Below, in pieces: positions 13,200 to 27,732 of a stretch of 64,000 nucleotides of DNA (within the stretch, counting starts at the first letter, position 1; each line of letters starts with the position of its first letter). The DNA comes from the human T2T-CHM13v2.0 reference genome, Homo sapiens. The DNA lies in assembly GCF_009914755.1 (NCBI RefSeq), contig NC_060932.1; one strand, written 5' to 3'. The position numbers and the translations under genes were made by a program. The notes under the pieces were generated by a model. It had not been told where the DNA came from. It made no database searches and saw only the letters and a list, made by a program, of their open reading frames with translations.

Positions 13200-13669
13200 T
13201 TTGCCTTTGCCTTCGCAGCATTGCTGGGGTCCACATCCTGTGGTCTGGTCCACTTCTGACTTCAGCTGCAGCCTGCTGGACAGTTCACAGCACTCAGATG
13301 CCCCTCATGCTGCAGAGGTCAATGGGTATGGCTGGATCCCTGTCTCTCCTACAAAGCCGAGAGCTTGCTCACTGGAGAACCAGCTCACAGAGACGTGCAG
13401 GAGAGGTCATCAACTGGGGGTGCCCCAAAGCTGTGGGGTGGAGCCAGGGTGGTGCCCGAGTGTCCCACCTATTGGGAGTTTTCCATCCACTTCTCAGGTT
13501 CCAGCTGCACCGAGCCCTGCAGCAACCCCACGGAGGCCTCCCTAGATTGGCCTTTCCTCCATCACAGCCTCACTCTCCCTCTCCTGCTTCCTGCAATCAA
13601 CTTCCAAACAAATATGTAAATCCAAGTCCTTGTCTCAAGCCTGCTTTTGAGAAAATCAAAACTAAGTCA
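13200..13669 (+). mobile_element. LTR16-family ERVL LTR
   Basis: CACTTCTGACTTCAGCTGCAG start region; 3' end CCTTGTCTCAAGCCTGCTTTTGAGAAAATCAAAACTAAGTCA. Confidence 0.65.
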
Positions 13670-14318
13670 ACACTTCTCAGGTTGTGATTTTGTGTATGGG
13701 GCTGACTTGTGAAATATTAATTTCCTCTGAGTCCAGGAGCCCATGGACTCGATGGGCTCCACTCTATGGCAGCTCCGTGTGTCCAATTTGCCTGTCACCA
13801 TATCCTGAATGCAGTTCCTGACACATAATAAGTGTTCAATAAATACATGTGAAATAAATGAACAAATGATCGCTGTATTATGGGCTGTGATGCCAATTAT
13901 CCTGCTTTGAGGAGGCAGTTGCAGGTGTGCCAGGCATAAGACACCGTTCTTTGTGTCAATGTGGCCTGGATCTTCTGGTTGTTGTGGATTGAACCTGACC
14001 CTAATTCAGCCATCTGTGGCCTGACAAAAGGGAAAGCAATGTCCTAGAGCTCTGGCCAACAGACCCATCCTATCCTGGAGGACATCAGGTCCCAGAGGGA
14101 GTGTCAGTGTCAGTGGAACGGGAGGCAGAGACAGAGATGGAGCTGAGCTGGGAGCCGATGGGGTTACCGGACACTGCACTTCCTGCCTCATCTTGGAGAG
14201 AACAAAACACACACACCTGGGCTGCCCTCATCTCCATTCTAGGCTGGACCCCCTGAAAAGGAATCTCAAGTAAGTTCCCCTTGACCTCAGGCTGTGTTAG
14301 CCAGGCTGAAAGCAGCAC

Positions 14319-14490
14319 CACCTGGAGGTGCACTGGTGTACTTGCTTTGGTTGGTCCCACCTAAAGGTGCATGACTGGAGGTGCTCTGGCCTCTAGGTGC
14401 ACTGGCAGGAGGTGCTCCCTCTTGAAGGTGCACGGATTTTAGATGCTCTCACCAGAAAGCGCATGGGCTCAAGGTGCTCCCACCTGAAAG
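14319..14490. repeat. degenerate ~31-bp minisatellite rich in AGGTGC
   Basis: Units at ~14356, 14386, 14417, 14448 and 14479; seven AGGTGC hexamers. Confidence 0.7.
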
Positions 14491-14524
14491 ATTAATGGGA
14501 GGGGCATTTGTTCTCATTCTCAGA

Positions 14525-14746
14525 CAGAGGTTACAAAAGTTTTTCTGTTAAAGACCAGATAGTAAATACTTCAGGCTCTGTGGGCCAGGTCAAAAAGTCT
14601 CTTGTTTCAACTTCTCAACTCAACAGTTGAATCACTAAAGCAGCCAAAGGCAATACATCAATAAATGGACATGGCTGTGTCCCAGTAAAACTTTATTTAA
14701 AAGTGAGCAGATTTGACTCACTGGCCCTAACTTGCCAATCCCTACT
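14525..14746. mobile_element. MER58A (hAT-Charlie MITE)
   Basis: TTTTTCTGTTAAAGACCAGATAGTAAATA...GGCTGTGTCCCAGTAAAACTTTATTT...TTGCCAATCCCT. Confidence 0.8.
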
Positions 14747-15909
14747 CTAAAGTCACCTCAGGGATCCTATCCTGCCCCTGATTGGTGGGCAGGTGTTTCC
14801 ACTGCCCTGCTCCCTGACACCTCACCTGGAGCCATTGGGAAGTCTGGTTTCTTGGCTGAACTCTCAGGTTTCTGGCAACTCATCTGAACTTATTCTATGT
14901 GCACTTCCCTGCCTCCTTTTCCTTCCCTCCCACAGCATGAGAATTGTGAGGGCCCAGATCATGTCCCATGAGCTGTGGAGTCTGGCGTTGGCTCTTTCAA
15001 TGTTGACTGTGTGCCTTTGGCTAACGGACTCAGCCTTTCTAAGCAGAGTTCATCTGCCAGCAGGGAGCACTGGCAAGAGACACCGAAGTCAGCCAGGGGT
15101 GCATAGCTAATGAATAGAATAGCCAAGGGGCACACTGAAGGGTTGGTAGGACTTGAATGACATAAGGAGGAAGGGTGCTTCTGGTAGAGGGAGCCCCACC
15201 TGCAAAGCTCAGGCAGCATGAACTAATGAACCTCTCTCTACAAAATATTGAAAACAAACAAACGAACTCTGTCATTGACATTGGTACGTAATTTCCTGCC
15301 CACCTCTTAAAGTACTTGTGAGGCTCTGAAGAGGTATGGCAGGTGTGGCTGGGGCCTGGATGGGCAGAGGCTGGGGTTTGGTGTCTTGCTTCATCTGTTG
15401 CATCCAGGAGCTCTCGGCCCTTTGGGCATTTGATCGGCCTGAGCTAATGTGCCTGAGAAAGGGAAAGGGATGGAGGGTTTTGCCCTGGGGCCTGGGCTGG
15501 AGGCCTTCGCTGTGCAGATTGTTTCCTCCCAGCTGTGGACCAGGGCTCGGTCCAGAGTTCTTTTCTTTGCAAACCCTGGAGGTTCCAGTGGAGGGGAGCT
15601 GCATGGCTGGGTCTTACTCTCAGAACAGCACAAAGCCTGGCCCAGCCCTGGATGTCTTCACCAGCAGAGAATGTGACCAAAAGGGTGGGAGGAGGAGGAA
15701 GGATTGGCTCCTCCATACCCAGGTGGCACCCCTGCAGCCCACTGAGCTTACCACGGGGTGCTGCACTCTTAGTCATACAGGAGCTAGTGCAATGCATCAC
15801 TAAAGGGTCAAACCACCTCATTCATCTCCTGGGACTGTGAGGCTCCCGGGAACCCAGTGAGAAACCTGATAGAGAAACGTGCTTTAGGCGGCTCAGGCCC
15901 TCTTGTGGG

Positions 15910-16368
15910 TGTACTCATTTCCTTACGCTGATGTGACAAATTATACAAACCGGTGGCTTGAAACAACAGCAGTTCATTCTTTCACAGTCCAAAATCAAGG
16001 TATCAGCAGGATTGGTTCCCCCTGAAGGCTCTGAGGGGGAAGCCGCCCCAGGCCCCGCTCCTGGTGGCTGCAGGCAGTCCTGGGCATTCCTAGGCTCGGA
16101 GCTGCATCCGTCCAGCCTCCGCCTCCACCTCCACAGGGCCTTCCTCCCTGTGTCCCTTTGTGTCTCAAATCTCCCTCTCCTTTCTCTTATCAGGACACTT
16201 GTCATTGGATTTAAGGCTCACCTCAAATCCACATGATCTCATCTCAAGATCTTTCACTTAATTTCATCTGTAAGGACCCTATTTCCAAATAAGGTTACAT
16301 GCTCAGATACCTGGAGGCTTAAAACTTGGACACAGTTTTTTTTCAGGAACACAGTTCTACCCACTCCA
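15910..16368 (-). mobile_element. MLT1C/D MaLR solo LTR
   Basis: TGTACTCATTTCC...GGTGGCTTGAAACAACAG...CCCTATTTCCAAATAAGGTTACAT...CCCACTCCA. Confidence 0.8.
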
Positions 16369-17139
16369 GTGGGTGTGTACCTCGTGGAGGCAGCCCTTCC
16401 CCCCAAATCCAGCCCCACCTCCTTCTCACACCTCCCGGTCTCCTTTGGAGGCGCCCTTAAATCTTGCCTCGCCTTCACTGTTTTCTCTCTGTCTGGCTTC
16501 AAATCACTCTCATTCCATCTCTTTCACAGCTGACTTCAATGAGCTGAAGGGCAGCCTTCCCTCTCTCCAGGCAGCCACCCAGGCCTGAAACTAATCCTCT
16601 CTTCAGCTCTCCTTTTGGGGTCCTGCTGCTTGGCTTTCCACTGGGAAAGTGAGAGGCAGAGATACCATCCCCTTTGTCTGGTAGCCACAGCCCAGTGTCC
16701 CAGGGCTGGGCTGGGTTCTTAATAAGTTTTGGGGGATGAGAGGCCAATGGTGAGGCTGGGCCCAGAAGGCTGATGAGGTCAGAATCCATTACCGCTCTGC
16801 AATTCTCCTCCGAAGAAAGAGTTTTACTCTGGGAGTGAGTTTTCCCAGAAAAGATTTTTAAGACAACTGTCTGAAAGCTCTTCTCAAAAACCACACCTAA
16901 AAACAGAAGCCTTCCCTCTAGCCATCTGGACGCCTAGCAAAGAAAAAAAAAAATGACAAGGCAAAGGAAAGTAGCGTAAGTGGAAAAGTCAGCATCAAGA
17001 GAGTGAGTTTGCCAGGTCAGGCTTGTCCTGGGGAGGGGAGACTTTGCCCCTTCTTTATGTCTTGTCTGGACTCTGATTCTCTTGTCTGCTTCTTTAAATG
17101 CAGGGGGCATGTTAACATCACTCAGAGTTCTCCTAAACC

Positions 17140-17470
17140 CGTCGGTGCAGACTAGCTTCAGGCAGGTTACAGTATTCACTCCAGGCTTTAGTCTCCTCAC
17201 CTGAAAAATGGGGTAATAAAACCCGCCTTGCAGGATGGCCTAGAGAGTCAATCAAATAAGATGGAGAAAGGGCGAGCGTGGCGCCTGGCACCTAAGCAGT
17301 GATCAGCAGTGTTTGCTGTAGCTTCACTTCACCTCGTGAACACTTGATGGAATTGGTATGATTCTCTTTCCCACAGATTGGACAGGTTCTGTCACTTGTC
17401 CATGCTCACCAGCTGGGCAGGACAGAGTCCGTAGACGTCCTGAGTCCATGTGATTCCAGAGCTCTGCTCC
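17140..17470. mobile_element. two MIR fragments (+ then -)
   Basis: CTCCTCACCTGAAAAATGGGGTAATAA core; TCACTTGTCCATGCTCACCAGCT. Confidence 0.55.
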
Positions 17471-18903
17471 GACTCCCGACTGCCAAGTTCTGACCTCTCT
17501 TCGTCCTCTCTCTTTCTCAACCCGGTTTTTCTTCAGTCTTCATCCCTCTCAGCTCTGTCCTTTCTCTGTTAAGCCAGGGTTTATGATCAGGACTGGGGCT
17601 GAGGTGGGGCAGAGGATATGTTGGGTTGAAAAATACTGGATTTGGACTCGAGAGACTGGAGACAGAGTCCAAGCCCACACTCCATGTGTAGTGAAACCTG
17701 GGCCCCCACCTCCGTGCCTGGAGCACTATCCTTACCTGTAGTTGGCTGTGCGGGTCACTCCAGCTCTTACCTTCTCTCAGGCTGCAGTGAGGTACTGGAG
17801 GGAGGTGACGGAGCCTGCTCTGTGTGCAGAATATTGCAGCGTGCAGTCCCTTATTTCAAACCCAGATAGGACTTGCCAATGCACCCTGCAGGGCACTAGG
17901 AAGCCAGGACACAGCCCCCACCCTGTGTCACAGAGATGCGTTTGCAGACACAGTTATCCAAATCCACTTCACGCCTGGTTCAACATCTTCCAGGCTCTCT
18001 AGAAGGGACTCGCAAGTTCAACAATTTTTCTTGTCAGTTTCCTTTTCGTTCCAATATCAATGGAAGAAAATGTTTTTGTATGTATGTTTACTGTTCCTGA
18101 AATTTAATAATGTTCTTGAAAAAAGTCAATTCCCCCAGAAAAGGTGCCTTTGTTCATGCCACCTGACCTTTGCACATGCTACTCCGTCTCCCTGAAGCAC
18201 CCTTCCTTCCTGTTTTCCTGAAGTTCTACCAGCCCTTCCTTGTGTAGCTTGGCCAGTGTGTTCTTTTCCTCTGAGCCCCTGGGCTGGCTCAGACTTCTGT
18301 GGCTTTTCCTAGGGCCCCTATGGAGGCTGTCATTTTCTGCCCCTGGGCGTCAACATTCTGTGTCTGTGTTGTGGACAAGCTCCTGGATATGGAGCTCTGT
18401 CAATGGGACCAATATCTTCTCCATCTCCATATTCTCCGTCCCCACCATGATGTGAGTGATGGAGTGAGGAACAGAGGATTTGCCCACCTGTCTCTGTGTC
18501 AGTCAGGTCTAAGAACCAGCCACAGAGGCTCAAAAATGCAAATCAAATGTGTCTGCTTCAAATTAAGTCCATTTTCTGGTCTAGTAGGGGTAGCTGTTTC
18601 TTAGCCAATAAATATTAATAAGAAAAATAAACCAATCTTTTAGACTTCTTTTCCCCAGCTGCTACCCCAGGGTTATAAATTATGTACTGCCTGAGTCTGT
18701 TTTGACAGTTGTGATAAAGTGGTTTTCAGATTCAAAGAGCATTTTTCCTGAAAGAATGCAGCATTGTGCATTTTTGGTACAATCACCACTACCTTGCCCC
18801 TGCCCCCCCACCTTTTTCCTGTCTAGGAGGAAGGTTTGACTAGAGTAGCTATTTTTCTACTCTGGGGCCTTTTCTGTCACCACTTTGCCAAACAAACACT
18901 ATG

Positions 18904-19226
18904 TTTTTTTTTGTTTGTTTGTTTGTTTTTTTTGAGACAGAGTCTCACTCTGTTGCACCCAGGCTGGAGTGCAGTGGTGCAATCTCAGCTCACTGGCTGA
19001 CTGTAACCTCTGCCTCCCAGGTTCAAGCGATTCTCCTGCCTCAGCCTCCCGAGTAGCTGGGATTACAGATGCCCGCCACCAATGCCTGGCTAATTTTTTG
19101 TATTTTTAGTAGAGATGGGGTTTCATCATGTTGGTCAGGCTGGTTTTGAACCCCTGACCTCAGGTAATCCACCCACCTTGGCCTCCCAAAGTGCTGGGAT
19201 TACAGGCGTGAGCCACTGCACTGGCT
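18904..19226 (-). mobile_element. AluS (Sx/Sq-like)
   Basis: Full dimer with (TTTG)n-patterned tail; CCTGACCTCAGGTAATCCACCCACC. Confidence 0.92.
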
Positions 19227-19659
19227 GATTTTTTTTTAAACTTCTGACTGTTATCACAAAAACTCAGAAAGATTTTAACGAGCTGGAGTAAACTTCCTTC
19301 AGTGGTGGGCGTGATGGGCTGTGGTTGCCCCAGCTTTTGACCCCTGTTTGCATTCGTCTTCATTTTCCAGGACCTGGTGCCTTGTCTGACCTCCAATCTC
19401 CCAAGCAAAATCCAACCCATCATTGAGACCCTGGTGAGACCCTGACTCTTTCAGCTTTTCACAGGCTCTCTTTGCTCCTGTATTGTTACTGTCAGGACTA
19501 AGAGTCACCCTTGAATCTTCCCTCAACTTTCCCGCTTTGTCTCTGCGTGATTTTCAATCCCCCTCATTCCATCTCCTCCACAGCTGCCTAGTGCCCCCGC
19601 CCCTTGTCCCACTGCTGCTGATGCCCCCGGGATTTTCTCTTGGTTCATCTGGACTTTCT

Positions 19660-21010
<1,351 letters not shown>

Positions 21011-21275
21011 CCCTGACTTTGAAAATAGCCTCCTCCCTGGTAACATGGATGCCAGTGTCCCTACCCAAATCTCATCTTGAATTGCAGCTCTCATAATCCC
21101 CACGTGTTGTGGGAGGGACCCAGTGGGAGGTAATTGAATCATGAGGGCAGTTACCCTCATGTTGTTCTCGTGATAGTGAGTTAGTTCTCACAAGATCTGA
21201 TGATTTTATAAGGGACTTTCCCCCCGTTTGCTCAGCACTTCTCCTTGCTGCCACCATGTGAAGAAGAACATGTTT

Positions 21276-22581
<1,306 letters not shown>

Positions 22582-22976
22582 AGAAGGACGTGTTTGCTTC
22601 CCCTCCGCCATGATTGTAAGTGTCCTGAGGCCTCCCTAGCCATGCTAATCTGAGTCAATTAAACCTCTTTCCTTTATAAATTACCCAGTCTTGGGTAGGT
22701 CTGTATTAGCAGCATAAGAACGGAGTAATACACCTGGTATCCGCTTCTTCTTTTTTTAAATTACCTCAATTTTTGCTTCTATCATGGTGTCCAGTCTAAG
22801 GCCAGGTCTAGTCACATGACTCTTCTGCTTAAAACCATTTTGTGTTTCTCTGATCATAAAGTCTACAATCCTTTGCATGGTTTATTTATAATATTAGGAT
22901 AAGAAAGTAACTTATCTTTCTAGCTTCATCTCCTATTAATCCTCTGTGTTACACTTTAGCCGCTCCGAATATCTTC

Positions 22977-23434
22977 TATTATGGGTTTAATTGTGTCCCC
23001 ACCGAAAGATATGTTGAAGTCCTGACTCCCAGTGCCTCAGAATGTGACTTTATTTATAAATAGGGTCTTGATAGAGGTAATCAAGTAATAATGAAGTCAT
23101 TAGGTGGCCCCTAATCCAATATGACTGATGTCTTTAGGAAAAGGGGAAATTCAGACACAGACACACATCCAGGGAGAAGGCCATGTGAAGAGGAAGGCAG
23201 AGACTAGGGTGAGGCATCTACAAGCCAAAGAACACTAAGGACTATTGGCAGACTCCAGAAGCTGGGAGAGACGCCTGGAAAAGGTTCTCCCTGGCAGCCC
23301 TCAGAAGGAATAAACTCTGTGGACACCTTAATTTTGGACTTCTAACCTCCAGAACTGGTGAGAAAATATATACGTTTTGTTTAAGGCACTCAGATTGTGG
23401 CAGTTTGTTATGGCAGTCCTAACAAACTAATACA
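22977..23434 (+). mobile_element. MLT1C/B MaLR solo LTR
   Basis: TATGGGTTTAATTGTGTCCCC...CCCTAATCCAATATGACTG...AAACTAATACA. Confidence 0.85.
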
Positions 23435-23734
23435 TCTACTTCCATGCTCCCACCTCTTTGCAGCAACTTTCTCCTCTGCTTTGATAGCCCTTTCTTCCAA
23501 AATTTCTAGTAAAATCCTACTTGACCTGAGTCCAAGTCTATCCATCTTTTCTGATAAACACCTTTTTTAGAAGTGTTTTCTAGGTCTTTTTCTAAACACC
23601 TTCTTAGAATACTGGGGGCTGGCTTGTACACACCAAATGCCAACCAGCTCACTGTCTTCTGCCCCCCACCTTGTTTTCTATATGCATAGTATTTGTACAT
23701 ACCTCGATTACAGCAAGGATCCTCTGGATAATTC

Positions 23735-24020
23735 TGTTTAGTCCTGAGTGCCTATTTCTACTTCCCTCTGTGTGCCTTCTTGTACTGAAGAGCTAGGAAA
23801 ATCAAAATCAGAATCTACCTCTCCTGGACTTCCTTGTGGTCAAGTTCTGGATGCCAAAGTTCTGGATGCCAATTAGAGCATAAGATTTGGAAGGCAGAGG
23901 GGAAGTAGAAGCTCTTGTTCTTCTATTTTTGTTGTTGTTGTTTTCCTGCACGAGTGTGGAAAGGTGAGTATTTAGAGGCAGTTGAAGCTGCTGGACTCAG
24001 GTTCTTAGTGTCTAGTCTTC
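23735..24020. mobile_element. LTR33-like fragment with a 15-bp tandem duplication
   Basis: AGATTTGGAAGGCAGAG motif; AAGTTCTGGATGCCA x2 at 23842-23871. Confidence 0.45.
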
Positions 24021-24025
24021 AGCTT

Positions 24026-24359
24026 TGTCTTAGTCCATTCAAGTGGCTATACATAACATAATACCATAAACTGTGCAGCTTAGAAATTTATTTCTGACAC
24101 TTCTGGAGGCTGGGAAGTCTAAGATCAAGGCACTGCCAGATTCAATGTCTGACAAGGGTCTGCTTCCTTGTTTTTGTGTCTTCACATAGTTGAAGGGGCA
24201 AGGCAGCTCTTTGAGGCCTCTTTCATAAAGGTACTGACCCCATTCATAAGGGCTCTACCCTCATAATCTGACCACTTCCCAAAGGCCCCACCACCATCAC
24301 ACTGGGGACCAGGATTTAACATAAATTTTTGGGGGGACACAAACATTCAGTTTATAGCA
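24026..24359 (-). mobile_element. MLT1A/MSTD-type solo LTR
   Basis: TGTCTTAGTCCATTC...GGAGGCTGGGAAGTCTAAGATCAAGG...CATTCAGTTTATAGCA; TSD AGCTT/AGATT. Confidence 0.85.
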
Positions 24360-24559
24360 AGATTGGAAGGTCTCTGGGGATTTTTGTAGCCATTGAGAGG
24401 CTTGAACTCAGTGTCTAAATTATTAAGTTTATGGTTAATTGGAAGTGTGGCTATCTACCTATTCTCCACCCCTCCCTTCATACTGTTTCTACTATAAGGA
24501 TAGAGACAAGCAGTTTACAGGGCTGTCTTTCTCCTATTGATAACATCCAACATGGCTCC

Positions 24560-25125
24560 AATTTCAGATACCTTATATTGAGTAACAAGTGACCCCAAAA
24601 TGTAGTGACATAAAGTGATAATTTCTTACGATCTCTCATTGTTATGTGGATGAACTTGTTCAGGTCATAACTGAGTGGGTCTTGCTTGGTCTTGCACATG
24701 GTTGAAGTCAGATGGCAGCTGGGGCTGGAGTCACCTGAAGACTCAACTGGGCTAGACATCTAAGATGCGTCTTCACTCATGTCTGGCACCTTGGTTAGGA
24801 TGAATAGAACACCTGGGGCCTGGGCGGACCTCTGTCTTCATGTGGCTTCTCTGCTTGGCTAGCTTGGGTTTCCTCATATCATGGCAGTCTTAAGGTGGTT
24901 AAACTGCTTACGTGGAATATTATTTCCCCAAGAAAGAATGTTCTTGGACCAAGCAGGGAGTTGCAATGTTTCTTCTGGCCCAGGTTCATGCAGTGTCACT
25001 TCCTCCACGTTTATTGGTTAAGGTCACAGGACCAGCCCAGATTCAAGGGGCAAGAATTACGCAAGGGTGTGCATATTGGAGGCACAGTTCATTAGGACAC
25101 ATTGAGAGACAAACTATAATAGCTC
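24560..25125 (-). mobile_element. MLT1F/G/H-type LTR
   Basis: GTCAGATGGCAGCTGGGGCTGGAGTCACCTGAAG...GGTCACAGGACCAGCCCAGATTCAAGGGG. Confidence 0.7.
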
Positions 25126-25193
25126 CCTGTGTATCCTCCTTAACTGTGAACACACTATCTTCCATCCCTGGAAGGCTCTAATATGAGTTAGGA

Positions 25194-25484
25194 GGCAGGG
25201 CACGATGGCTTATGCCTGTAATCCCAACACTTTGGAAGGCCGAGGAAGTCGGATCACTTGGAGTCAGGAGTTTGAGACCAATCTGGCCAACATAGTGAAA
25301 CCCCATCCCTACTAAAAATACAAAAATTAGCTGGGCATGGTGGTATGTGCCTGTAGACCCAGCTACTTGGGAGGCTGAATCATGAGAATTGCCTGAACCC
25401 AGGAGGTGGAGGTTTCAGTAAGCGGAGATCATGCCACTGCACTCCAGGCCGGGTGACAGAGTGAGACTTTGTCTCAAAAAAAAA
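25194..25484 (+). mobile_element. AluS (Sx/Sz-like)
   Basis: Full dimer; TSD GAGTTAGGA/GGGTTAGGA. Confidence 0.92.
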
Positions 25485-26326
25485 GGGGTTAGGAAAGGGC
25501 ATTAATTAGACTAGTAATTTATTCTGGTCAATTTCCTACTATGAAATACATCCCCAGCCCTGATATCTAGATATTAAAAAGCTAGAGATGAGCCCAAAGA
25601 ATGGCCTACAACTTCTTCTCCAAAAAATGTCACCTCAACAAACTACTACACAACACGCTGTGCTGATTAACTAATGGCCTGTGAGGGTGTATCACTACGT
25701 GATATTCAGAGTGCATTTTGAAATATAGAAAATAGAACAGTTTTCAGATATTACCTGAAAACTTCAGTTTAAGAAGGACCAGAATAGATTATCTCATTTT
25801 AATATAATGTTAACAATTAGCATTTTTATTATAACCAAAAGAGCTCATTAAAACAACCATGTAATTGAACTAAGATCTGTTATCCACATTTTATAGAAGA
25901 ATAGATGGAGTTTCAGAGAAGTAGACTGATATACCCAAAGGAACAGATCTTCTGTGGGTAAGCTGAGGCTCAAATCTAAATGTGTGACTCAAAGTTCACT
26001 GTACTTTTGACTATAATAAAGACAGCAGGTATGTGTCATGCATTACATTACTTGCTCTCCCATGTCTATGCAGACATCACTAATCACTCAAGGATACTTA
26101 TTCTGCTAAATTGCGACATTGGCTTATAATCCTTCTCAACTCAATGTGCTACCAATCACTTGAGGCTCAAGATAACATCTTATCATCTTGACACTCTACT
26201 ATGTTGCCTGTCCGGAGGCTGAATGAAGCCCACAGTAGAAAGATCACTTCTTTGATCTGAGGATTTTAAAACATAAGGAGTATTCTCTATTTATTCACTC
26301 ATTTATTTTTTAATTAAAAAATTATA

Positions 26327-26457
26327 ATCACAAATTATACAGTCAAGTTTCTCACATTTGGGGAAATCATAGAGGTCACATCTGGAGTGCAATGGATGAG
26401 TCTTGCCCTGGGAAAACCACCTTTGTGATCATGGTGTCTCCCCTGCCAGGTAAGTAT
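26327..26457 (-). pseudogene. U1 snRNA retropseudogene, truncated just after the Sm site
   Basis: Minus strand ATACTTACCTGGCAGGGGAGACACCATGATCACAAAGGTGGTTTTCCCAGGG...CCATTGCACTCC...ATAATTTGTG matches U1 nt 1 to ~133; stem-loop 4 absent; degenerate TSD (10/13) at 26292-26304 / 26458-26470. Confidence 0.95.
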
Positions 26458-26464
26458 TACTCAG

Positions 26465-26632
26465 TCAATTCTAAGCTGCACATCCCCCACCAATCCCCAT
26501 GCACATTTTAACATTTCTGATTTGGGGATGTGTCTTGCAGTCAATGTGGTGGATTTTTCCCTCTTCTGAGCAATCTCTTTTGAACTGATGGTACATTGTT
26601 CAATTGACAGCATTTTAGAGTTAACAAAATAT
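26465..26632. mobile_element. MER104/Kanga-like Tc2 DNA transposon relic
   Basis: ATTCTAAGCTGCACAT...CACATTTTAACATTTCTGATTTGGGGATGTGTCTT. Confidence 0.5.
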
Positions 26633-26744
26633 ATCCATTCATGTATTTATGTATGTATTTGTGAAGTAAGTATTTGTTTGTAGGTACTGGGTACTAAGCA
26701 GTTAGCCCACATTAGAGAACATGGCCCAGACTCAGTGTTTGAGG

Positions 26745-27002
26745 ATAGGGTTTCTCAGCCTTGGCATAATTGAGACTTGGGTCCAGATAATAATAATATT
26801 TTTTGGTGGGGTACTGTCCAGTGCATTGGAGGATGTTTAGCAGAATTCTTGGTCTATACATACATACATATTGGTTGCCAGGGGGCACCTTCACTCCAAT
26901 TATGACAACCAAAATGTCCCCAGACATTGCCAAATGTCCCCTAGGCAGGGGGCAGGGGGCACAGGGAAGGGTAAGGTATTATCCACAGGTGAGAACCACT
27001 GC
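26745..27002. mobile_element. MER20 (hAT-Charlie MITE)
   Basis: GGTTTCTCAGCCTTGGCA...AATGTCCCCAGACATTGCCAAATGTCCCCT...GAGAACCACTG. Confidence 0.85.
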
Positions 27003-27239
27003 TCTAGAAGTTAGTTTTCTGGGTCATCATAATCTTCTGTCTCTGTCTTATATCACTCATCCATGGAGTAGAGATTTTACTAAATGTGAGTCCAAACAAC
27101 TGTACTTTTTCCCATGTGCCTTGGGAATTGAATGATACATACTATTTTTAGGGTACTTGGTATGCACTGGACACAGGATTATGCCCTTGACTCATTGAAT
27201 TCAGAAAACGAAATACAGAGTGTGAGGAGGGATTATAGG

Positions 27240-27605
27240 TGGCCCCCAGCGCCCTGTCTGAGTTTAAACTCCTGGCTTGTGACTGCTAGCTGTTTGTTAT
27301 CACGGGTAAGGCAACTGTCCTCCCTATGCCTCAATTTCTCCATCTGTAAAATGGAAGTGCTAATAGTTGCTGTTACAAGAACTATACAGTGAAAACATTA
27401 AAATATGTAGAACCATGCAAGCACACATAAGAAATACTCACAAAGCATGGTTATTCTTCTTAAACTCAAGGATATAGGCATCATTATCTCACTTATCAAA
27501 TGAGGACATCAAAATCAGGGAAATAAAGGAAATTGTCCAAGATCATGCAAGTGGCTGAGTGGCAGAGCTGAGATTCAAACACTGTTTATCACTGATTTAA
27601 AACCT
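27240..27605. mobile_element. two MIR fragments (+ then -)
   Basis: GCCTCAATTTCTCCATCTGTAAAATGG; GGCAGAGCTGAGATTCAAAC. Confidence 0.65.
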
Positions 27606-27709
27606 GATGGTAAAACTCAAAGGAGCATATAGCTCTCCTGGGCAGGGCTCCGGCATCAACAGGAAGCTGGAATCTAGGCTAGGCTTGTGCACACTGTCTT
27701 ATTCTGTCA

Positions 27710-27732
27710 GGGTCACTGAGGGTCACGGGTTA
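27710..27732 (+). promoter_or_regulatory. composite nuclear-receptor element, DR4+DR1 (candidate)
   Basis: GGGTCA-ctga-GGGTCA-c-GGGTTA in apparently unique sequence. Confidence 0.45.

Noticed and set aside
12476-14490. CRISPR-like reading of the 31-32-bp repeats
   Set aside because: The units are head-to-tail with no unique spacers and no cas genes, in a mammalian context.
26327-26457. Functional U1 variant gene
   Set aside because: CpG decay, a small deletion, missing SL4 and 3' box, and no recognisable PSE.
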